DNA from: Marsupella aquatica
Lineage: Eukaryota; Plantae; Marchantiophyta
Direction: 5' to 3'
DNA length: 64,000 nucleotides
Assembly (NCBI GenBank): GCA_973895155.1
Contig: OZ316894.1
Span: forward strand, 20,466,451-20,530,450
Shown: positions 49,901 to 62,521 of the stretch, in pieces
Layout: each line of letters begins with the position of its first letter
How positions within the stretch are numbered: position 1 is the stretch's first letter
Translations under genes and position numbers: made by a program
Notes under the pieces: generated by a model
The model's database searches: none
Told to the model about the DNA's origin: nothing
Seen by the model: only the letters and a program-made list of their open reading frames with translations

Positions 49901-52900
49901 TAGGGCTGTGGACTGAAATTATGTTCAGTTGGTTTTTAGTTCAAAACACAGAGAATCAACAAAAATCAGTGGGGCCCAGGTGTGAGTTGTAGCTACAGTA
50001 GTTGATCTCAGTTTAGTCCCCATCCATACACTTCCCAGGCCTCCAGATTCTGCTCTTGCATGTAATATGGGTCAGGGCAAGAAATCACTTGGGGCGGGTC
50101 AACCCTTTTCTGCACCTTATGTGCTTCTGGTACTTGTAGGTATTAGGAAAAGGGCCGAGGAAAAGGGAGGATTAATTTGCTAGATTGCCACTCATTTTTG
50201 GCATAAGACAGACCTTGCCACTGATTGTTTTTCTCTTTATCACAATGTCACTAATTTTGTTTGTGGGTTAAGAAAATTAACCTGGGTTAGCTCCTACACA
50301 TCCAGTGGATGTCATTGCATCCAGATTTGCAATCAGACAGCATGTGACCTATTTGGGGATTACAGCCCATATTAAACCCCTCAATAAAGGTAAGCTATCC
50401 TCTTGTTGAGGGCCAGGCCTGTGATCTCCTAGGGGATTGCAGCCCATATTAAACCCCTTGAAGAAATGGGTTACTCTACACCAAACTCGGGGAATCTCTA
50501 CCAATTAGACTGTACAAATTGTCTATCTTTTAAATGATGTGAAAACCCCACACCTACATCTTAAAACTCAAAGTTATAAACCCCACGGTTCCAATTTTGA
50601 CATTCAGTGTTCTTTTCTTGATTGCTTGTGCAAGCATGAGTGTGCCAAACTTGACAGGGGGGGGGGGGGGGGGGGCGGTGGGTGGGTATGGAGTATGCCG
50701 CAATCTTCCCTAAGCCAAAACGGGAATACTTCATTCAGTTCTAGGAAATAGGCTAACATGAGCATCTTGCCTGGTATGCATGGTAGCACACAAGCCGGCT
50801 CTAAATATGTCCCACTATTAAAGTTAGCTGGGCATGAGCAGGAGCATGAGTTAACGTACACATCTAGATCAACAGAGATGAGAGCGAGCTACTGTAAGAG
50901 TCAGAGTGTTGGAATCACGTGGTTGGTCGAGCATGGGTTGACATATAATTCCAATACAAAGAGATCCTGAGTAATTTAAGTCGTGCTTGACATCTCATTG
51001 ACATAAATATGTGGGCCCCCTACTGTCTTATGTTGCTTTGATGCTTGTAAGAGATATGTGCTCAATGGTGCCGACAGGCTTTGTGGCTCTCAGTAAATTA
51101 ACCAAAATTGCCAAGCAAGGGGAACACTCTGACAATAGGATCATGTTGTACCTTTTAGATGCCCAGGCTCTCACATGCATATTACATTGTTTACCATTTT
51201 TCCTTTTGAATTACATACTTTGCCACCCTTTTCAGTTTAATCACTCAATCTATTGTCACCTTTTTCACCTCAATTTGGTTTGGAATGATCTAATGATCAA
51301 CATCTTGCAAGGTAAACTCAACACCTCTCTCACCCTGAACCAGGGGGATGAGGGAGTGTGCCAACCAGTCAGGCGGATGCAGAGCGGGAGAAAATTAAGA
51401 GACTCAGCACAATGTTGAGGGTTGGAAAGGGGGTTGGAAAGGGTGCAGCTGCATTCAAGGTAAAGGACACGGATGACCACCCAATGGTGAATTTGGCCAG
51501 ATGTTGACCACTGAGAATTTTCAAGTTATTGGCCATAGTTAGTTTGTTTAACTAGTACTGACAAAATATGACAATGTACTGATTAAATGATAAAGAATGG
51601 CATAGAATGTACAGTATTTACGTGAAACATAGTGAATGACTGAATGTCAAATCTTGGTTATTTTCCCTTGTAGAATGATTACATTTGTTAGGAAAGTTCA
51701 GATACTGGTGGGTTCATGCTGATCCGCCAACAGACACTCCGCAAGCTATGAACACTTTTGAATCATTGTTGCTTTTCCTGGCATTGTACTCTTCGCGTTA
51801 TATCTAATGTCTAGTTTATTCCTTGCCCCCAAAAGAAATTTGTTGACAAAAAGTTGTCCAAGTTATATTTAAACCAAATCTCTCGTTTGAAAGGGAAATC
51901 TGATGTCTCGTTTATTCCATGCTTACTAAAAAAATTGTTGACAACCTGTCTGTCCAAGTCATATTTAAAACCTGATTTCTCTCAGTCTTTAAAAATGGAA
52001 ATCTGATGTCTGGTTTACTCCTTGTTCCCCAGTAGAATCTGCTGACAATTTGGTTGTCCAATTGTTTTTTGAACAAAGGGGACGGGAAGTCTTGCCCAAT
52101 ACAAACAGCCAAGCAATCGGCCAGAAGTATGGGGAGGGAAGAAACCCTTAAATTCATATTGAACAGCAGAAGGAAATATTAACTGAAAGGCTGAAAATAG
52201 GTCAAACACATAGAAAGCCAAATGGAACAGCCAAGGCACAAATGGGACAAACAAGGCAAGTTGGCAGGGTTTGACCAGGTTGTCAAGAAAATAATGCTAT
52301 AGCACATTGCACTTATATTGCATGGATGACATGAGTAAGCATGCATTTGATTTTCAGTAGATTCCTTCAGGAATGGTAATCTGTCCATGCAGCTGCATAG
52401 AGAGTGGCATTGATCTCATTCAACTGAAGGATTTAGATTCCCTTGGTTACTATCCTGATCGTGACTATAAGTAACCTCTTACACTTCCATATAAACTGTA
52501 AGGTGGTGGGAGTATCTTGATATTTAATATTCTCATGTCCTTCTATGTAATGGTGTTAAATGTTTGTGTTCATCTGAGCTTCCACTAACATACATTATAG
52601 TATAATGATTATACCCGGCCTGGTCATTTTTGTGCTTATATCCATTTTCTACTTTCCTATCCCAAGTATAATTCAATCATCAGGTCGCGCTCATTGTGTA
52701 TATTCATGGTTGGTTGAACCAGAGGTGTCAGAGAATATATATTTGGACATATTGGGGCTCATAATCCATCCGAGCTAACACCCTCCAGCCGTTGAAGCAG
52801 GGGGATGAGGGGGGCCAAAATGGGATTATAGGTTTTTGCTCAAACATTAAGTCTTGACACCGTCCTGTGTTCTGGTGAGTATTGGAAGGGGCAACTTGGT

Positions 52901-53500
52901 TCATGGTGAAGGTCTGTTGGAGCTAGAGGCTTAGCTTGGGTGCATTGCAAGCCTCCATGTGTCCACAAACCAGGCAATCACATGCCATCTCGGGTTAGTC
53001 TAGTTGATTTAAGGCAACCCTTGAACTTGGGGGCAACCTGATAATTTGACAGGCAGATTAGTAATTTTGGGGAGTTTGGGCGAGAGTTTGGGGGGTAGGA
53101 CCTACTTAAAAAAACTCTTTCCTGTTTTGCATTAGTTTGCTTTCTACTCTATAATTTGGTAACAGACTTTCCAAGTATTCAAGCTCATAGGGGAAAACAC
53201 TATGCCCACTATATAACTCCTCAATTGAAACCTTGCAACTTGAAGAATTCAAGCTCATGGTAAGCCCTTTCACTTTTTATCAGCAATCAACACAACTTGG
53301 TGTACTTTCCAGAAGTGCCAAAGGAGAAATTATCTGTACATTCTTATTACAATATGTGTCCTTGTTAGCAAGGCACTAAACTATTGTTTAACTAACTCTA
53401 TTACTATGTGTTTGCCCTTATAGCTAGAACAATCTTTTAAATTATTTTCTGAAGTGACTTATTCACTTAAGCGGTCTGCAAGGCATTTTGGCCAAATCCA

Positions 53501-53587
53501 CCCACACACCCCAACCCAGGACTTGAACTTGAGACCTGATGGTCCCAAGCTCCTAACCCCTGGCCACTTGAGCTAGACCACCAGCCC
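53501..53587 (-). mobile_element. tRNA-derived SINE head (Pol III A and B boxes)
   Basis: Minus strand reads GGGCTGGTGGTCTAGCTCAAGTGG...TCTCAAGTTCAAGTCCTGGG: A box TAGCTCAAGTGG and B box GTTCAAGTCC at tRNA-like spacing, but no complete cloverleaf. Confidence 0.6.
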
Positions 53588-56500
53588 AGATGACATTTCT
53601 ATATTTTATGATAAAAAAGGACCTAAAAACTGTGCACAGCTTACACAATGTGCTCACAATTAAAGCACAAATAAGTCCTGTAAGAGATTGTTCACCTTGT
53701 AGGATGGTAGCCATGAAATTCTGGTTTGTTTTGACATAAATATGGGGTGAAAAGTGTGCAGAACTTAAACTTGTCTTTCCTTGCTTCAATCTACTTTGTT
53801 GGCTCACAACTAGTTGTATAAATTCCTCCGATGAGAGTGGATGAACTACGGAGAGACTAAATAAGGTTGCAAGTCCTCAAGCTTCACTACAACACCATCA
53901 CATACCATTTTCAAGTAAGTAGTTGTAATTATGATACATATCAAGTCAGAGAATGAATTTTTGACGAGGATTTATGGAGTCATTGTATAATAATTTCTGG
54001 AAGACCATTTTCAGCTACCATGGAATCATTTGGTGAGGACTAATGTAGAATGAAGACCAACGACCTTTGCTTTTGTTTCACAGATTCAACATGATAGGGG
54101 GATTGAAAGACTTGATAAAATCCTAGAAAATCCTAGAAATTAAATGATGAAGAACAATGAAGCAGATACTTCCAAAACAGACAATGGACTTAAATAGTAT
54201 GCTGTAAGCTTCAGTTTTGCAGACATTACCAGGCACTTACTATTGCATAATAGCATGAGCCTAGGGTAGCAAACAAGTACCCACATAGACAGTCAATTCA
54301 ATCCTTATCCTAGTCCATGTCTCAGTATTCAAAAGGATAATAGTACATTGGGAAAGTTTCCTTTTAATTTGTAGGTTTGACAATTATGTATAAACTTTGT
54401 TCAATACATGGAATCAAACATAATTAGCATAGGAAGGCTCCACCCATAAACTAACCTCTCACTTGAATGTTTTATGTGAATAATAACCAAAAAGTGGTAT
54501 AATTGTGTGCTACATATGGCATAGCATGAATGTTAAAAGGATTCTCCAATCTGCTAGTACACCTGAATGGCTCTATGTTGTTTCTAATTTTTTTTACTAC
54601 ATATTCATTTACTCAAATTGCCCGTAGTTTAAAGACTTGCTCACTATGAAGCTGAGAACCAATAATGTTTTGGCAATGGAAATATCAAAGTGCACTGAGC
54701 ACCATGGAAAAGATTCTTGACATGTACTTACAATTAGATGTTTTTGGGTATGATTATAGCTAATCCACAGTTGAAATAGTTTTAATTTACTGCATTGTTC
54801 TATGTTCTAGTACAAGGTTTGTTCTCACTTTCAATTTTACGAGTTTTGAAATTTCAATCTTTGGTTAGAAGAAATAATCCTGAAATGTGGGCTTGCCTTG
54901 AATTGCTATACATTTCAGTCCCTTCGTTTGGTGAGGATCTTTTACCTACTCTTGAACTTGTGCTACCGTTTGAATTGTTCTTGAAAGATGGACTTAGAAT
55001 CAGAATCTCTGACCTGCTTGAAATTATTGATGAGAACTTGTATCAGCTTTCTAGTTTTAGATCTTAAGGCATAATATTATATTAAAGTCGATCTTAAATC
55101 CTTCAACTCTTTCCAAAAATGTCACTTTGGCCAACTAAGCAAAGTAGTTGACTAGAGCTATTTAGTTTCTATGAAGAGTCCTAAACAGTTCCTTCTCTAC
55201 TGGTATGTGAAGAATCCCTTGTCATGGAAGGATTTAGGTTTGGTTGACATACTTGGTCTATCTAACCCCTTATTGCACTTGGGGACATGTCATTAGTCCT
55301 GACTGATATATTTTTGTCACTGGATTGTGTTAGTAGCCTATGCTCAATGCAAGCAATCTAATCTGACGTATCATCATGGGAACATGTCGGGGAATGTTCT
55401 ACATTGGCACATTGAGAGACTTGAAAGCAAAAAAGCCTTCATACCCAGATCATCAAAGTGTCTTTGACGTAAGATGCACAATACCCAAACATCTCAAATT
55501 CCTCAAAATACCACCAAAAGGAACCATACCTTTTGACTGGCATGAAGATCATATACATGAGTATAGTCAACCCATGATCCACGTCCAACACCAATCCTTC
55601 TTTGAGTATAAACACGTAGGAAGAGCTTATTTCATAAGGATTCAGAGGTGTCATAATGATCCTGAAAATGGTATTGTATATTGGGTTGATTATAGGGGTC
55701 ATAGGTTACCTATGCGACAAAACACCTACATGAGAAATGATACCTATCAAAGAGATGAGAGACATGGCAATAATTGTTTCAAAATCACACCATATTCAAG
55801 CTACACAATGTGGATTAATGGCCCTATTCCAGCTCTAAAGATTATTCGATCCTCTCATTGCGATTTTTCCATGATAGAGCTAGCACCTCAAGTGGAAGGA
55901 ATACTTATTTTCAAAGAATTCAAGAAAAGAACCATTGGTGGGGGACGAGCTTCATTGTGTATGTAAGAAAGTAATTGTAGGAAGCACTTAGAGTCCAATT
56001 GAAGGTGAATCTGTCAAGAGCAATTATGTGTGGATTTTAGAAACTACTTAACGCTGCATGTAGTTGATCAAATTGTATCACAAAAAGCTGCTGATTTAAT
56101 TAGGCAGTTCCTAAGAATGGATGACCTTTGTGTCTCCAAAATTTGAACATTTATTTCCTTGTTGTAAATGTAGGATGAAGTCCACATCATTTTAGAATGT
56201 TTTGGAAAATAATCATAAAAGACAACACTTTGCACATCACATGAATTTGTTTTGTAAGAATCCAAACTCACAATTGATGGAGTATTCTGACAGGATACCT
56301 GGCACATATGAGCAACTAATGAGAAATTAAGTCTACTATGGAATAGGCTCCACCATTGTATGTCAAAGACAAATTTGATACTAGCATACCAAGTGCTCAG
56401 ACACAAGATTTCAAGACAAAACCATAATTAAAATGTTCAACTTTCCTTAAAAAAATGCATGCTCTCTCTTTAGTTACTTTCTCAGAAACTACATGAGCTA

Positions 56501-57199
56501 GTTTGTAACTTTTGAGGTAGAAGCTTCGATATCATTTGAAAGCTTATATATGACACTTGAATCTTGATCTGGATGAAAATTTGGAGTGACTCATAGAGTT
56601 TTGCTTTCAAGCGGAGAGCATGTTGGGGGTCCCAAGTAAGCTCATAATGATCTGAATGGAGATACTATCCAAGCTTATAACTCTGAAACTTCTATATACA
56701 AGGGCATTAAATTTACAATGGTTTCCAACAACAATGATCCCTTAATTTTGATAAAGCATGTTTCTTTTTCCCCAAGGTCCAATTAAAGATACTCAAACTT
56801 CATAGAGGTGAATTTTTTCATTGGTCATCCCAGCCCAATCTTGGTGAATCATATCTTGGCAGCTGAGATAAGCTCAATCCTGGCTAGCTTTGCTGAGATG
56901 GGCATACTGACCAAAAAGCCCCCCAAATTCCCAACTATAAAGAAGAAACGGGTCACATCCAGCTTCCATACAGTAAGGAGATCAGACAAGACTTGTTGTT
57001 TGAAGAACTTGGATTTTGGAGGGCTACCAGTCACTGAGAAGGGCAAGTTGGGAAAGAGGCTGGTCAAACCCTTAGGAGCAAGAAAGAATGCTTGCACATT
57101 GTCAACATATGCAGGACCAACTCCTAGCAACACTCCCTCTCGCTACAAGTTTTTCACTTAGATATACTTGTCCTTTCTCTACTGAATAAAGATAGAGGC

Positions 57200-57470
57200 A
57201 TGAATGCTCTTGAATAATGAGATGGAATGTGCTTGTAAATTCTTCCCCAAGTGCCAAGTGCAAAAAGCATGGAATGCCAAGGGAAAAACTACATCCACAA
57301 CATTTTGAAGTCCCTTTTGACTCACTATCTTAAATAAAGACAATACTCCTACAAGACAACTCTCGGATTGCATCATGCACACTTCAGAACTCTCATCCAT
57401 AACTCTTCATTCTCTGATGGAACCATGCAGTATGCCAAATTCATGACAATGTTATTAACATCTAACAGTG
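57200..57470 (-). pseudogene. Mutator-like (MULE) transposase remnant
   Basis: Minus-strand pieces DVNNIVMNLAYCMVPSENEELW and IVSQKGLQNVVDVVFPLAFHAFCTWHLGKNL resemble MULE DDE motifs (D-x-NN...LA...E-x3-W; SDRxKGL...VFP...HxxCxxHL). Frameshifted. Confidence 0.72.
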
Positions 57471-57786
57471 TGGCTACCTATAACATCTGAGGATATGCAA
57501 ACTTTGTGTGAGTGCCATCTAAAGCAACAAGAGGCCTACAATGCAAATAAGCCGTTGGAGAAGCCGAAGGGCACACAAACAAAGTTTGAAAGGATCCATC
57601 AGGTGCTGTGTATTGCCCACCGTATGGAATCAATGGCCACAACAGTCTTTCTCTTGTTCAATATGCAGCTGCAACTTTGATTTCTTGCTACGCTACAAAA
57701 AAAGGCTACTGTTGAGAAACGAAATGAGTATTGTCTCTGGCGGTTGCTGCATGTGCTTGATGAGGATGTTGGTAGAATAAAGTTAC

Positions 57787-58249
57787 ATCATCAGTTATCA
57801 ATCATCTCCATCGGTTGACCTGATATCAGTTGTCATGTCATCTTAGAGAGGCTGCCAAGTTGCGGCGCCAAAAAAAATGCAAATTTGTTTTTTGATTTTT
57901 TCCCTCAAAATTTGATGGAGAAAAAAAACTTTTTTGACTTTTTTTTCACTATGGGTGTCCGTACCGTACAGATATCACATCTTGTGAGACCAGCCAAGAT
58001 GACCAGGTGTCTGTATGATACGAACACGGATTTTTTTGTTGAATTCTTCACAAAAATAGTTTTGAATTTTTTTCCATTTTTTTGTCCATACGTCGATCTC
58101 GGCAAGGTCAGCTGAGATTGAGTCAATCTCAGCTGCCCAGCTGAGATGCACGGAAGTGCGAAGGCCCATCTCAGCTGCTCAACTGAGATTCAAAATTTCA
58201 AGGCAGCAAAACTGATAACTGATATCAACGGCCACTGATAACTAATGAT
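57787..58249. mobile_element. Non-autonomous TIR element or transposon end
   Basis: Imperfect inverted ends ATCATCAGTTATCA..TGATATCAGTTGTCA / TGATAACTGATATCA..TGATAACTAATGAT. Internal repeated (C)AGCTGAGAT motifs and a 13-bp-arm palindrome at 58109-58135. Confidence 0.5.
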
Positions 58250-59210
58250 CCTTGCTACCCCATGTTGGCACCTAAACTGAAATCACATACACATCCTCAC
58301 TCCCACAAAAAACACGTTCATTTATTTCTTCCAGACAATTCTTGCTCTCATTTGAAGTGTGTCCATTATGCACTAGGACAAGTCTTTTCCTGTTTCTTGC
58401 TAGTAATTTGACTCAATGTTTCATGTTCTCATCGACTACCATTGCGGATGAAGATGTACAAAACTTTGCCTATTCTCTTGCGCTGCCTCCCCCAAAAAAC
58501 CCTGCTTCATTCAAATCCCTCCAGTCTGGTCAGGTCAGTTTGCCTCATAGTCATCCAAAGCCAAGCGCAGTTCTGTAAGTGAGAGTGTGGACAGAAACTC
58601 AAAGTTGAATGGACTCAATGGATTTTTCACCCAAACAGGACCAGACACGTCTTAACCCAACTAACCATATACGAAAACAATGGCAGTATTTTAATTTCTT
58701 AAAAATCATGGCAGTATTGTAATAAGCCACATCTTTAGTGGCAATGTAGTTAAAAACTGTAAAATATATACTTTGCCATCTTTTTTAATAGCTGGTTTAG
58801 CAAAGGAACTTTAGCTAAGTTGAAACAATCACAAAGTGACCATTTTGGCATATCAAGGGGAAAATTTGCTTGGTTCGTAGGGTTTTCCCGTTGCTTTCTA
58901 CCCTTTATTGGGTCTCTTGTCTTTCCTAGAGCCTCCCGTTGAATGCTTTTTGTCTTTTGGCAGTGTGTTATAAATACTGTAATGCAATGCCAGTTTTGAG
59001 CAGGACCTGGGAGATAATGCAACACCCAAATTGTTCTCCTTTTGTTTTAAAGGAATGCATGCATTGATAAACTAGTGTGCTTCAAATACTCTTAAAATCC
59101 ACATCACAAAACTCTTTTGACCAGGCTATTCTTTCGCTAAACTATTTAGTCACTCAGATCTTTCATGAACATCTTTTTTCATCCTTGCTACTTTCAAGTG
59201 CTACTATCTA

Positions 59211-60565
59211 GAGTGAAGACTCCAGTCCCTAACTCTCAATAGGACAAAACTGAAAAGTGAAGATGGACCAAATAAAAGGGATGGGAGCAAAGATTAAAAA
59301 AACCAACCTTGATTTGAAATAAGGACAAAACTAATAGTGACTCTCAATAAGACAAAATAGTAGGGAGGGTGCAAAAAAATGGGATGGAGGCAAACATGAT
59401 TAACAGTATCTTAGATTGTTTTTTGTCTTCATCTCTATTTATGTTGAAAGAACGGGTAATCAGGCTAGTTTAAATAAATCTGTGTGTCACCAGAAAATGA
59501 TGCTCCTATGAACAGAGCCAACCACACCACCGGCATGGACAGTGACACCTTTAACACTTCACTTGTTGACATCCAGACCTTCAATATCTCCCTTCTGTTG
59601 AATGTAAATTGCTCTTCTTGGGCTGGTTACATCTTTCCAACCAGGATAGCTCTGGTTCACTGTCATGAATAATTGAGAAGGAAATGAATTTCCAAAGATC
59701 ACTCGGGTCACTTGGTGTCCACTCGTTACATTTCTGAAAGGTTTTTAGTATTAACTTTGACATCTGGTATCTCCCTTGATATCCAATAAAATCCTATTTT
59801 CTTTGGTTTGATAAACTTTAGGTTTCCAAAACAATCTTTCCACTGCACTTAATATTGTCAAATTTTATTGAGAACTGAGGGACCTACACATTTTCAAATA
59901 TGAACATCTCATTTTCTTGCCACATTTCCCTCCTCGATGTAATTTGGGTTATATGAGCAAAAAGAGAGTTTGCCTGCAGTCCCACAAATTTATCAGAGTT
60001 TTTTTTGGCAGACCTGGAGGTCCATCCAAGGTTGAATTTTGTGGCACTACCATTTCTATATTATATTATCATTATATCTAACTACTAAACCTCAATCAAA
60101 AGCTACTTCCTGGGCCTACTCTCTAGAGGAAAGATTTGATGCTGTGACTCTAATTGAGAGTATAACTGAAAATGAGCATGCAAACCAAAAAGGGGAGGGG
60201 GCAAATATGAATAGCTAATAACAAGGGATACTTTACCTGGAAGGTTCTTTTTACTCATCTTTATTTAAGTTACTTATCGTTATCTTACTATTAATTTGCT
60301 AACAAAAACTACTTAGACCAACTGTGTAGAGTGAAGACTGTAATTCCCAATAAGGACAAAATTGAAAATGAGAGTGAACAAAAAACAGGCATGGGAGCAA
60401 AGATAAACAAAAGTGACGTTCACTCTCAATAAAGACAAATCTGAAATGAGGATGGACACAAAAGAAGGATGAGGCAAAGATGAATGGGAAGTAGCATAGA
60501 ATTTTCAAAATTTTTGTTTTGTTTTGTCTTCATGTCTATTTACATTCAAGGAATGGGTAATCGGG
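59211..60565. repeat. Two diverged direct repeats (~240 bp; 59211-59465 and 60329-60565)
   Basis: Both begin GAGTGAAGACT, contain ATGGGAGCAAAGAT and CTCTCAATAA.GACAAA, and end GTCTTCAT.TCTATTTA...GGGTAATC. Confidence 0.7.
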
Positions 60566-61049
60566 CATGCTACTAAACTACTTTTAGGACTACCACCTAA
60601 CGTGAAGCCTCTAGCCCACTCTTGATAAGGGACATGAATGACACTGACTAATTAAGAACAACATTGAATATGAGGAGAGAAAAAACGAGGGGAGACAAAT
60701 TAAATAAAGGATCAGGAAAAGATAAAAAAGAAATAACATCTCTATTTACATTCAAAGAACGGGTGCATGGGTTCTCATATCTATTTACATTCAAAGAAAG
60801 GGTGTGAGTCAAGCCACTAGTTCATTTAAGTTACATAATTCTTGTTAGGAAGAAAGATTACCGGTGTGTAACCTTTTCTACTAGGTGTCACCATTTCCAT
60901 AACAGTGTGCCCAGAAAGTCTTGCCCCGTAATCTTTTTTTGGGGCAAGTATTATGTACGATAATGACTGTTTGAGCTGGGGTTACTATATGAAACTTGTT
61001 CTCACAAAGCTCAAAAAAACTTACAAAGCTCAGAAAAACTTTTCTGCTG

Positions 61050-61272
61050 TTGCCAATCAATATTTCTTCACTTTCTGGTCACATGGTTGCCAATCAACAT
61101 TTTCTTTTCTGGTCACAAGGTTACAGACTAGTAACCCCATACCAACCCCATACCGCCAGTCAACATTTTCTCATTTTTTGGTCACAAGGTTACAGACTAG
61201 TAGCCCCATACAACAAATAAACATTTTTTCACTTTCTGGTCACAAGGTTACAAACTAGTAACCCCATACCAA
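61050..61272. repeat. Minisatellite, ~60-70 bp x3-4
   Basis: TTTCTGGTCACAAGGTTACAGACTAGTAACCCCATAC units. Confidence 0.88.
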
Positions 61273-61822
61273 TCGGTCATTACCCTATTAAGCATCTTTA
61301 TTTAAGCACCTGGAACGAGTAATGGGGCTAATATTTATTAGATGAACAAGACCAAATAGTGGGACCTGAAATCACGACAGGAGAGAAGGAAACAAACGGA
61401 AGGAGAGGGACCAGCTCGGAGTACTGTGCTGGGAGGGAGGGAGTCGGAAGCACGGCACGAGGGAGGGACTAGGGGACAACGGAGGTGAAGCGGAGGGAGG
61501 GGCAGGTTGAAATGGAGGGTGAACGCGAGACTGAGCCGAAGGGTTAGGTAGGGACAGGGCGAAACGGAGAGGCAGGCAACAGGGACAGGGGGAGCAGAGG
61601 TACAAGTTGAGGGAGCCATTGAGCCAAGGTGGGTGAGTGATGAGCAAGGGAGAGGCGAGAGCATCGATCGTGGAACGTCGGAGGAAGCGTTCATAATAAC
61701 TCGCGGTTTGACCTACAATCATCGTTCCCTCGTCTGGAATCGAGAGCTCGCTCGCTCGAAGCGCTGTGGGCGGGCAAGAGGGTTCTTCTAATGGAAGTCG
61801 TTCGCTCCAACCCACGTTCTTG

Positions 61823-62467
61823 GTAAGCAAGGCGCTGGCTGCTACGGTGCGCTACACTACTAGGGCCGTCGGCCTGTCTCGACGCTTTTTGACGCAGTAG
61901 TCGAGTCGGTTGGGTCGGTGTGAAAAGAATAGGTTGGATGCGCTTGTGGATCGAGGAAAATAGGTTTTGGGGTTCTTTGGTCTGCGTCGGAAGGAGGTCA
62001 AAAGGAAGGGGTGAAGAGGATAGTTTTTTGGGGAGTTTTTATAAAGTGTGTGGAGAGAGGGCGGAGCATTGTTGGTCTGGAGGCGTGCGAATTGTACGCT
62101 TGGTCGCACGTCCGGAGCTGGACGGCAGAGCTGTGCTTATGTCGAGCGGCAGTCGGGAGAGTTGACGCTCGATATGCGGGTCTTTCGCTGATGGTGTTGT
62201 TGTTGTGGTTTTTGTTTGTGTTCAGTGCGGATCTCTTACGGTGATATCGATCGAGGGAAGCGAAAGAGGAGATCGCATCGGTGGGTTGAAGCTCTTGCTT
62301 GTAGTGGTCGCGGTTGGTAGCTCTCTTCCCCTATGACAATCGCGTCTGCTGACGCCTTTGGAGGTTTCGTTTGCCATACCTTCCGGGAGTGCGACTTTAG
62401 CGGAGTGTAGTAGATCTGAGTTCTTCTACCTGTGTGTTCGAGGGAGTGCTGTTTCTTTGGTTTACAG
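61823..62467 (+). other. Putative 5'-UTR intron of the TM9SF gene
   Basis: Donor-like TG|GTAAGC at 61823 and acceptor TTTCTTTGGTTTACAG|G at 62467, 54 nt before the ATG. Confidence 0.4.
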
Positions 62468-62521
62468 GTGGGAGCTGGAGGGAGGGAAAACAGGATCAGG
62501 AGACGGCAGGTGTCGCTGAAA

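Noticed and set aside
50657-50675. Poly-G run (possible G-quadruplex)
   Set aside because: Simple homopolymer in TE-like sequence with no supporting context.
61338-61830. Pro/Ser/Leu-rich minus-strand ORFs
   Set aside because: Low-complexity GA-rich tract upstream of TM9SF; the open frames are explained by base composition.
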